Shown here: piece after piece, positions 7,417 through 15,281 of the stretch
Layout: the number at the start of each line of letters is the position of its first letter
Numbering within the stretch: the first letter of the stretch is position 1
NCBI GenBank assembly: GCA_035505475.1
Contig: DATJQT010000238.1
Span: forward strand, 1,755 to 65,754
Reading direction: 5' to 3'
Source of the DNA: Vulcanimicrobiaceae bacterium
GTDB taxonomy: Bacteria > Methylomirabilota > Methylomirabilia > Methylomirabilales > 2-02-FULL-66-22
Length of the DNA stretch: 64,000 nt
The notes under the pieces: model-generated
Seen by the model: the letters and a program-made list of their open reading frames with translations, nothing else
What the model was told of the DNA's origin: nothing
Database searches by the model: none
Program-made: the position numbers and the translations under genes

Positions 7417-9759
7417 TCAGGGTGCGGACAGGGCGCGCCGTTCCCGCTCGGTTTCTGCGGTCCGCCGCAATTCATCATAGAATTTCTTCGCCAGGGCCAC
7501 GCGCTCCGACAACGCGTCAGCTTGCAGCGCGAGTTGTGTGCGATAGCGATAGTCTTCCGGCTTACCCTCGATGCTGAGCCGCCCCGCATCGCCGATTATC
7601 TGCTCGATCTGCGCCAAACTTTGCGCCATCGCCACGCGTTCCAGGAAAGGGTCGCTTTGCAGGGCCAACTCCGTACGCATGCGATTTGGCTGCGGTCGCC
7701 CGTCGGAGTTAGGACGGCGCCCATCGGCTATGATTTGCTCGATCTGTGCCAAACTGGCCAGTCGCGCCCCGAGCAATTCTTGGAGGCCATCGAACTTCCA
7801 GAAGCGCAGCCCGTCGCGCACGACGTAAACCGGCGTGGTATGCGCGCTCGTCCCGTCGCCGGCACGGGCACGGGCGGCAATCCAACAGCCATTCCCCGCC
7901 TGCACGGTGAAGTCGAGGTCGGCTTCCGGGTGCTTCGGGTCTGTGGACTCGGCGGCTCGCAGAACTTCGCCGTGTCTGACGATCTCGAGTCTTACCGGCG
8001 CCATGCGTTTCGGGTCCCCCCACGCGCGAGCGTGGATATGCAGAGTGCGGTCGGCTGCGAGATGGATTTCGTCGCCGGGAAGGGCGTCGTCGACCTGGAA
8101 TTCGATCATCGGTCCGCTGCTGACGAATGTGTGGCCCAGACGAAAGGCCTCAAACCATGTATCGGCAGAGAATGGTTTCTGTCCCAAGTAAGCATAGACG
8201 CGGACTTCACCGATGGTGCCGCCCCACGGCACGTCCGAACCGGCCGAGGCAGTGAGCTTGAATCCCAGATTGAGGAAGTCGTAATAGAGATCGGTGTTCA
8301 GATAATTGAATTGGAGGATTTCGGCAAAGTCAGCATTTTGGCGCGGGGCAAATAGGCTCATGCCGCGGTGGACGTTGAATTCGTCGGTGTTGACATGCGC
8401 GTAGCCAGCCAGCCCGCCCTGGGCGTGGACGGCGTCAAAAATGTCGTCATAGAAGAAATAGTGGTCGGCATCGCGCACCATGCTAGTGATGTTCATCGCC
8501 AGCACGTGGCCGAAATCGCCGAGGCGGGGGTCTTCTTGCCCGGGCACAAGCACATAATCACCGTCCACCACGCGATAGTGCGGGCCGAATCCGCGTTGTT
8601 CGAAGAAGGTACGGTAAATCTGGCCCATCTTCATGACGTTAGCGAGGTGAACGTCCTCCGCTTTAACCCAAGCCATCAGGCGGCGCGCGTCGGCGTCGGA
8701 GAGAATGCGGCAGTGCACATGATCGTCGCTGGACCACCAACCTCGCCGGGGCATGTCCACCCAGCGGCGCGGTTGAAACGTTCTTTCCACCGTTTCCCCG
8801 GAGCGAATCGTCACGTCTTCAAAGATGATCTCGTGCTCGACGCCACGGCGAACGCCGATTTGCCAAACGCCAGGGGCAAGCACCATGTCAAATGACCCGG
8901 GCACACACCAGAACTGCTCATTAAGGAGGGGGGCAGGGAGGTTAGCGATGCGCTCTGCGTCACTGGTCCACCCTTTGCCCTCGAACTGCGCGGTAAAATC
9001 GATCGCATTGGGGGGCGGACGCAGCAACCCGTCCGTGCGCCACATCAGCCGCACCATTGCGGGTGTGGGCTGGCCCGTGTCGGACGACAGGACGGTGACT
9101 TTTAGGCGTCCGGGCGCGGGCACCCGAACATCCAAGGGTAGACGCACCGCCGGCAAACCGGGCCGGCGGATCTCCAGCATCACGGTGGTACGGCCGAAGG
9201 GAACGTTTTCGAGCCCCGCAACAATATAGGTCGTTCCACGCGCGGCAGCGTCCAGAGCGACAAGGCTTCCTTCCCACGGCGACGGGGTAAACGCGCCGGA
9301 GCCGACGCTGTACTGCACGCCATTGCCTCCGCTTACCACTTCGAATAGCAACGCCCCGCTGTCACCGGGAAATTCGACCGGTCCAGACGGTGAGACCCGT
9401 GGTTGCGCGGCGGTCAGGTCCAAGCGGACGAGCTGGCGGCAATCCTTCACCTGCTCGAGCAGCCGTTCAGAGGCAGCAATGGCCCGGCTTGTGGCAATGC
9501 GACAGGCGGCGTCATCGCCCGCATGTAATTTCTGCTGCAGGGAGTCACGCAAATCGCGATTAAGGGCTTCAATATCAGCGCGCTTGTCGGGACCGAAGAG
9601 ATACCAGTAGTTGCGCGCCACGCGGCCGGCAAACTCAACAGCGCCCGGCGGCGGAAGCGGAGCGGAGTCGGCCGCCCGGGCCGGTGCCGGACACTTAATC
9701 AGGACGAGCGCCGCGATTAGCAGCGCCGGAGACAAGGGGAGCGCGTGGCGAGTTTTCAT
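7417..9759 (-). CDS. secreted multidomain PHP-like (CehA/McbA-type) metallohydrolase with C-terminal repeat
   Basis: 780 aa. Signal peptide (MKTRHALPLSPALLIAALVLIKCPAPARA). Beta-rich N-terminal half. HxH in SSDDHVHCR, then GYAHVN and ASAGSDVPWG. Two tandem 45-aa helical repeats at the C-terminus. Confidence 0.65.
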   Translation of the reverse strand: MKTRHALPLSPALLIAALVLIKCPAPARAADSAPLPPPGAVEFAGRVARNYWYLFGPDKRADIEALNRDLRDSLQQKLHAGDDAACRIATSRAIAASERLLEQVKDCRQLVRLDLTAAQPRVSPSGPVEFPGDSGALLFEVVSGGNGVQYSVGSGAFTPSPWEGSLVALDAAARGTTYIVAGLENVPFGRTTVMLEIRRPGLPAVRLPLDVRVPAPGRLKVTVLSSDTGQPTPAMVRLMWRTDGLLRPPPNAIDFTAQFEGKGWTSDAERIANLPAPLLNEQFWCVPGSFDMVLAPGVWQIGVRRGVEHEIIFEDVTIRSGETVERTFQPRRWVDMPRRGWWSSDDHVHCRILSDADARRLMAWVKAEDVHLANVMKMGQIYRTFFEQRGFGPHYRVVDGDYVLVPGQEDPRLGDFGHVLAMNITSMVRDADHYFFYDDIFDAVHAQGGLAGYAHVNTDEFNVHRGMSLFAPRQNADFAEILQFNYLNTDLYYDFLNLGFKLTASAGSDVPWGGTIGEVRVYAYLGQKPFSADTWFEAFRLGHTFVSSGPMIEFQVDDALPGDEIHLAADRTLHIHARAWGDPKRMAPVRLEIVRHGEVLRAAESTDPKHPEADLDFTVQAGNGCWIAARARAGDGTSAHTTPVYVVRDGLRFWKFDGLQELLGARLASLAQIEQIIADGRRPNSDGRPQPNRMRTELALQSDPFLERVAMAQSLAQIEQIIGDAGRLSIEGKPEDYRYRTQLALQADALSERVALAKKFYDELRRTAETERERRALSAP
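7483..7752 (-). repeat. in-frame tandem duplication (2 x 135 nt / 45 aa) inside the 780-aa gene
   Basis: The two protein copies are LAQIEQIIADGRRPNSDGRPQPNRMRTELALQSDPFLERVAMAQS and LAQIEQIIGDAGRLSIEGKPEDYRYRTQLALQADALSERVALAKK. The DNA copies (7618-7752 and 7483-7617) share blocks such as tgctcgatctg(c/t)gccaaact. Confidence 0.8.
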
Positions 9760-10013
9760 AAATTAGGCGGGAACGGGAATTGGGATGGGGCGGGTTTTTG
9801 GGATGGCGGATTAGAAAGATCTTTCGACAGAGAAGGATGTCAGGGGCGACATGTTGTGGCGGATGCTGCGATCAACGAGCGGTTCCTTCGCGGAAGGAGG
9901 CGCGGGTAACAGCGCGGCGCGCCGCACCATCGGATCTCTTTTCCGAGGGCGACTTCGTCGCGTACCTTGATTCTGTGGTTAGGGTCACGTGCCTTGTCGG
10001 CCGGCGTTGGGCG

Positions 10014-11057
10014 CTACGGCGGGGTGCACCATGAAAGCTGCGGCGCAACGATGAGCGCATCCACATTCGCAAACGGTGTTTCCACAGGTAGCGTGCAACC
10101 GGAGCCCAGGATGAAACGCCGCTTGCCCACGGCAGCGGTCAGCGCCTGCTGGGCGGCGGCGGCCACATCGGCGGGATCACCCTGCGAAAGCATGGCCACG
10201 GGATCGAGGTTTCCCCAGATTGCGGTGTCGGCCCCGGCGACGCGGCAAGCGTCGGCCAAGTCCGTACGGTGGTCGATCTCAAGCATGTCCGCCCCGCTAC
10301 GGGCCATGTCGGCAACGATGGCGTGGGCATCTCCGCAGATGTGCAGCGAGACCGGCTTGCGAGTGGTTGCCCGAAGTTCCGCGATCAAACGCTGCTCAAA
10401 CGGTAACACCTGCTCACGGTAGCGCCGTGGACCGATCAGGCCGGCTGGAGAGTCGCCACCGGTCAAGACATCGGCCCCGGCGCCTGCGAGCGCCCGTCCG
10501 TAGGCCAGGGCTTGGGCGAGACAGCGTTCCATCAGCGCATCGACTAAGGCCGGGGCCTCGTCTATTGCGAGCATCAGCTCGGTGAGACCCATCATTGCCG
10601 CAGCGAGTGAGAAGGGAAATTGATCGAAGCAGGCGATCACCGCGGTCTCGCCTCCGATTTGGGCCGCGACCCGGCGGGTTGCCTCCAGCATTAGCGGACA
10701 CCGACCCTGTCGCTCCGGATCGGGTGGCGGCAGTGCGCGCACGTCGGCCGGGGAACAGACCCGCGGCCCGCCCAATCCGCCCCAGGGTTGATCCTCGGCC
10801 AGCGGGCCGACCCGGGCGCCCATGGCCTCGGCACTGACCCACGTGTCGGCTGAAATCACCACGGCGTCTGGCCGGAACCGATCGTAGTAACAGATGACCG
10901 CGTCGGCCAGCGCCACGGGATCGCTGGTGTACCGATTCAGCGAGATGCCGGCCACCCGCGCGCAGAAATGCACCGCGAGCGGAGCGACGGGAGAGCGCGG
11001 GACCGGTTTACCCGCGAGCGCGTCGAGAAAGAGCTGCCGTCTGCTGGGCTGGGACAT
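10014..11057 (-). CDS. uroporphyrinogen decarboxylase (URO-D) family protein, MtaA/CmuA-like
   Basis: Start chosen at ATG 11057 (MSQPSRRQLFLDALAGKPV...). The N-terminal pattern, length and overall layout fit URO-D-fold enzymes. No corrinoid-protein partner is nearby. Confidence 0.7.
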   Translation of the reverse strand: MSQPSRRQLFLDALAGKPVPRSPVAPLAVHFCARVAGISLNRYTSDPVALADAVICYYDRFRPDAVVISADTWVSAEAMGARVGPLAEDQPWGGLGGPRVCSPADVRALPPPDPERQGRCPLMLEATRRVAAQIGGETAVIACFDQFPFSLAAAMMGLTELMLAIDEAPALVDALMERCLAQALAYGRALAGAGADVLTGGDSPAGLIGPRRYREQVLPFEQRLIAELRATTRKPVSLHICGDAHAIVADMARSGADMLEIDHRTDLADACRVAGADTAIWGNLDPVAMLSQGDPADVAAAAQQALTAAVGKRRFILGSGCTLPVETPFANVDALIVAPQLSWCTPP

Positions 11058-11117
11058 GGTGGAGAAAAACCAGTTTCCCAAGAGCGAGTGGCGCTAGGCG
11101 TGTTCCGCTAGGACGGC

Positions 11118-12551
11118 CTAATCCACGCCGGGCGGGATTTTGGCGGAACCTCGCGAGAGGATTGGGTAATCCTCGCTGTTTGTGGCCGCCGTGGCCATGA
11201 TTCCTGCAATCTGTTCGACAATGTCAGGATGTCCCTGTGCGACGTTGCGGGTCTCCCCTGCATCCTTCTCCAGATCGTAGAGCTCGATCGGAGCGTCAAC
11301 ACGGTTGCGGACTCCCTTCCAGTCTCCGAGCCGCACTGCTTGCATATAAGTCTGCCGCACGTGGCCATAATCCCAGTAAAGGAACTCGTGGTGCTTTTGC
11401 CCGTTCGGTGATCCTAACAACGTCGGTGCCACGGATATTCCGTCGATGCCATGGGGTTGGGGCAAACCCGCAAGTTCCGCCGCCGTGGGCAGGAAATCCC
11501 AGAATGCCCAGACGAGCTCGCTGACTTGGCCTGGTGCGACAGTGCCCGGCCAGCGCACAATCAAGGGAATTCGGATGCCACCTTCATAGAGGTCGCGTTT
11601 TCCGCCACGCAGCCCGCCGCTGCTCTTAAAGAACTGCGTGACGGGATGATCATACGGCCCGTTGTCGCTGGAGAACAGCACGATGGTGTTGCGATCGATG
11701 CCCATGTCCCGCAGCAGATCCAGCACTTCCCCAACCGAGTGATCAATCCGCGAGACCATCGCGGCATAGTTCTTCGCACTCTGCGGCCAGTCCCGGTTTG
11801 AGTAGGGCTTGTCGTTGGGAACCTCGAAATGATCCGGAGAGTCTGGAGGATACTCGGAATAATGCGGCAATGTCGTCGCAAGATATAGGAAAAAGGGATG
11901 TTGCGAATTTTGCCGGATGAATGCCTTAGCCTTCTGTACAAACAGGTCCGGCGCATATTCCTCGCGGGCTCCGGCCCGATTGCCGACCATGATTCCCACA
12001 TCGTTCATCATGGTCAGGTGCTGAAGGATTACCATGCGCTCATTTTCCCACAATGTCTCAGGGTAGTAATTGATCGCGAGATCCTGATCCAATTCCCCAT
12101 ACCAGTAATCAAAGCCTTGGGCGTTCGGGACTCCCCATGTGCCAGTGTCGCCAAGGGACCATTTGCCGATGGCGGCGGTCCGGTAGCCCGCCTTCTTGAG
12201 GACCTCCGCAACGGTCACGTCGTCCGGGCGCAGCGCGACGCCGTGGGGAACATTGTCGCGGATTCGGTTGTGTCCGTTGTGCATGCCCGTCAGCAGGCTG
12301 CAACGGGAGGGCGCACAAACGGCCGAGCCGGCGTACGCCTGGGTGAATCTCATTCCCTGCGCGGCCATCTGGTCGATTCTCGGGGTCAGAATCTTATCCT
12401 GCCCGTAGCAGCCAAGATCTCCGTACCCAAGATCGTCGACCAGAATAAAGATGATATTGGGCTTCTCCGTAGCTTGGACCCCTGTGGTCATCAGCATTCC
12501 CACACTCAGGAGCCCCAGCGCGCTCCAGCGGTGTACGCGGCTCCCACTCAT
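11118..12551 (-). CDS. Cys-type sulfatase (arylsulfatase A family), secreted
   Basis: Contains NIIFILVDDLGYGDLGCYG and the formylglycine motif CAPSRCSLLTG. Start chosen at ATG 12551 (MSGSRVHRWSALGLLSVGMLMTTGVQA, signal-like). ATG 12578 is an alternative. Longer ORF-track starts overlap the upstream gene. Confidence 0.85.
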   Translation of the reverse strand: MSGSRVHRWSALGLLSVGMLMTTGVQATEKPNIIFILVDDLGYGDLGCYGQDKILTPRIDQMAAQGMRFTQAYAGSAVCAPSRCSLLTGMHNGHNRIRDNVPHGVALRPDDVTVAEVLKKAGYRTAAIGKWSLGDTGTWGVPNAQGFDYWYGELDQDLAINYYPETLWENERMVILQHLTMMNDVGIMVGNRAGAREEYAPDLFVQKAKAFIRQNSQHPFFLYLATTLPHYSEYPPDSPDHFEVPNDKPYSNRDWPQSAKNYAAMVSRIDHSVGEVLDLLRDMGIDRNTIVLFSSDNGPYDHPVTQFFKSSGGLRGGKRDLYEGGIRIPLIVRWPGTVAPGQVSELVWAFWDFLPTAAELAGLPQPHGIDGISVAPTLLGSPNGQKHHEFLYWDYGHVRQTYMQAVRLGDWKGVRNRVDAPIELYDLEKDAGETRNVAQGHPDIVEQIAGIMATAATNSEDYPILSRGSAKIPPGVD

Positions 12552-12685
12552 CTCACCGCCGTTTTCGGTGGGTCTCATTTTTGGTGCAACGTTTTCGCCA
12601 GTCATCAGAAGATCGTTTCGCAACGCCTCGGGTTCAACCTGCCGGACGCAGGTGAGAAGTGGATGGGTGGCGGCAAGTGCAGCCG

Positions 12686-15178
12686 TTACGATTTTTTGAT
12701 CCATGTCATGCCTCCGTTTACGTTTGTTTCCGTTGCCTTGGCGTCGGCCCATTGAACCCGAAGTGAGGAAGGTCCGCGCAAGTTGACGTGGACTTTCTTC
12801 ACCACGGCCTCGGCTGGCTTGATCACGATCCACCCGCCATCCCGAACCGCGGTGCAGTTGTAGGCCAGGAGGGTGCCGTCAGCGTGCTCAAGAACAAAGG
12901 CGGAGGTGAGCGCGACCTCTTCAAGGCACTTGAAGATCTCGTGGACGTCGTTGTCGCTCGAGTTGGCCGTGAACCAGTCCGAGACCATATCGACATACTG
13001 TTCGCCAACAGAGACATCGCAGAATTTGCCCTGCCGAACATTGAATTGGTTCGCATTGTAGGTATCGGCGCTTGTGCCGGGGAAGTTCTCGCTCGACTGA
13101 ACGGTCTTGACAGAAGGATCGACCACAAACGCCCAGCGCAGCTTCCCGGTCCGGTCGTCGATCAGTTGCACGCAGCTTCCGAGGGCGTTCATCGTCTGGA
13201 CCAGCCAGTCTTCGTTGCCGTCGAGCAGGTAGGCGTAGTAGGTCGCATAAATGCGCCAAGCGGACCAACCGTGCGGGGAGCTGATCATGTTATTTCCCAT
13301 CATCACGTCGAACTGCGCTTCCCAGAAGCGGAGGGTTCCCCCCCGTTGGCGGCTGTCCGGTATCGCGAGTTGGGTCAGACAGTCGTGCGCTTGCAGTAAT
13401 TCGCGCCCTTTGGCCGCATAACGCTCACGTGTTGCCGCCTCCTTTTGGTGCAACGCAAAATCCAATATCTGCAACGCCGCGCACGAAATCATCCCGTCTT
13501 CGAAGGTGGGTTCGCCTTCCGTCTCAAGGGACCCCATACCGCCACGCATCAACTGGTCGATCGCCCCCTGAACAGACTGGTAATGCCGCTCGTACCGCTC
13601 CTGCCAAACCTTCTCCGGCCGTCTTTTCTCCTCGTCGAAAAGCTCCATCAAGCTTTTTGCGGGGTAGGCCACACAAGTGTAATTGGTTTTTCCTCTGCGA
13701 TAGGTTGTGTCGTTTCCTTGCGGGTCAGTTATTCCTCTGTGATATGCTCCGTCGTCTCCCTGCGTGTGCGTGATAAGCCAATCGGCGAGCGCGGCGGCTG
13801 CTTCCAGATCCTTCTCGTTGCCGGTGGCGCGGTATTTTGCGACGAGAATGCCGATGGTGGCGGCTTCGTTCTGAATACGCTGGGGGTGACGCACCGGCTG
13901 CCAGTCGCGGTCATACATTAGTCGCATCAACAGATCGAATCGCTCATTGGTCTGCCGCAGCAATTCCGGGTCGGGAAAATGGACCTCGGCGAGATACGCC
14001 GAATAGAGCCCATACCAGCTCTCGCAGCACCAGCTCGCCTTTTGACGAAATTGGAAAGAGGCGAGCCTCGCCTGTTGCAGGTACCAACTCCACGGTTTCC
14101 GGACCGTGATCGTCGCTTCCGACACATGGCCCGCGGCATCCTCGGCCGTAAGGCTGTACGCGCCAACCCCATCTGTCGGCAGGTAGGTGAAGGTTTTCTC
14201 TGCCGTCACATCGAGAGGATGGATTGCATTGCTCGGCGCGCGGATCTGCACCGCTCTGAGCTCTCCAGAGTGGACCAACAGAGAGAATGGTTCGCCCGGC
14301 GCCAGAGTCGTCCGATTTATCTCGAACATGGGCGCCTGGGCGAGCGCGGCCAGTTGTTTTGGCACAGCGGACAGCGCCGCGATCGGGGCAAGAAAAATCC
14401 TCCATGTCCTCGTCTCGCCGGCCTCGAGCCCGGAAAGATGCTGCGGGTGCCGCAATGGCAATGGAGCGGAATCCAGGAGATCGAGATTGATGCTGATTAT
14501 CCGATGCCCCCAAAACGGCGCATTCTTCGGCCCGTAGCCGTAGTTGTACACCAGGCTCCATGAGGCGATCGGGTCAGGCGAGGCAAGACCCAGAATCCGG
14601 CCCGCGGGCGTCATCAGGTAGCCCACGAAGTGGGTCCGCTCACAGCGCAGCATGGTCGGAAAATACACTCCGTTCCACTGGGGGTATTTCGCCATGTAGT
14701 TGCTCAAGCCGACACGCAAACCGAGTTTCTGGGGCGCAAAGGCGCCCCGGCCTCGATTGGTCGCAGTGGCGGTTATGACCATCCGGTCCTGTTCAAGCGT
14801 GTACTGCAGATTCAAATCGACATCATCCAGCCGCCCCTGAAAACCACCATCACCGCAGGCTTTCATTGCCACCGGAGTCGACGTTGTGTTTCGGATACAG
14901 AACCAGGCGACGCCTTGGAATCCTTCGGAAGCCAGAGGTATTGAGCTCCACCCGCTTGCCTCCTGGGTTGCCAGCTTGATGAAGCGACCTTGCTCGTCGA
15001 GAGACACGTCCCACCAGTTGTTCGCAAGGTGCACCGATTGGCTCGTTGCAGGAAGTGCCAATAGGGCAAAACCAAGGAACCGACGTATTGCAGTCGACGG
15101 CGCCCCAAGACCCGCTCGCTTGGCTCTCAAAAATCGGTGGACAGCGCGGCGCATCTTGCGACGGATCATTGAACCCAC
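12686..15178 (-). CDS. secreted 830-aa protein of unknown function (beta-rich N-half, helical-repeat C-half)
   Basis: Uninterrupted 830-aa ORF with a signal-like N-terminus (...FLGFALLALPATSQS). The C-terminal half is rich in W/Y helical-hairpin-like segments, suggesting an alpha/alpha-toroid carbohydrate-active fold. I recognised no family motif. Confidence 0.65.
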   Translation of the reverse strand: MGSMIRRKMRRAVHRFLRAKRAGLGAPSTAIRRFLGFALLALPATSQSVHLANNWWDVSLDEQGRFIKLATQEASGWSSIPLASEGFQGVAWFCIRNTTSTPVAMKACGDGGFQGRLDDVDLNLQYTLEQDRMVITATATNRGRGAFAPQKLGLRVGLSNYMAKYPQWNGVYFPTMLRCERTHFVGYLMTPAGRILGLASPDPIASWSLVYNYGYGPKNAPFWGHRIISINLDLLDSAPLPLRHPQHLSGLEAGETRTWRIFLAPIAALSAVPKQLAALAQAPMFEINRTTLAPGEPFSLLVHSGELRAVQIRAPSNAIHPLDVTAEKTFTYLPTDGVGAYSLTAEDAAGHVSEATITVRKPWSWYLQQARLASFQFRQKASWCCESWYGLYSAYLAEVHFPDPELLRQTNERFDLLMRLMYDRDWQPVRHPQRIQNEAATIGILVAKYRATGNEKDLEAAAALADWLITHTQGDDGAYHRGITDPQGNDTTYRRGKTNYTCVAYPAKSLMELFDEEKRRPEKVWQERYERHYQSVQGAIDQLMRGGMGSLETEGEPTFEDGMISCAALQILDFALHQKEAATRERYAAKGRELLQAHDCLTQLAIPDSRQRGGTLRFWEAQFDVMMGNNMISSPHGWSAWRIYATYYAYLLDGNEDWLVQTMNALGSCVQLIDDRTGKLRWAFVVDPSVKTVQSSENFPGTSADTYNANQFNVRQGKFCDVSVGEQYVDMVSDWFTANSSDNDVHEIFKCLEEVALTSAFVLEHADGTLLAYNCTAVRDGGWIVIKPAEAVVKKVHVNLRGPSSLRVQWADAKATETNVNGGMTWIKKS

Positions 15179-15281
15179 GACTTACAGCTCGCTGAACCCA
15201 TTGCCAAGCGATCAACCGGAGCGCCTGCGACGGACGATGGGCAGACCGCGAGACAGAACGGCAACAGGTTGGTTTCCGGCT

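Noticed and set aside
13691-13768. A short imperfect 42-nt tandem duplication inside the 830-aa gene, encoding QGDDGAYHRG / QGNDTTYRRG.
   Set aside because: It is real at the sequence level. However, it is only two 14-aa units within a coding region, has no evident functional implication, and is too small to list as a feature.
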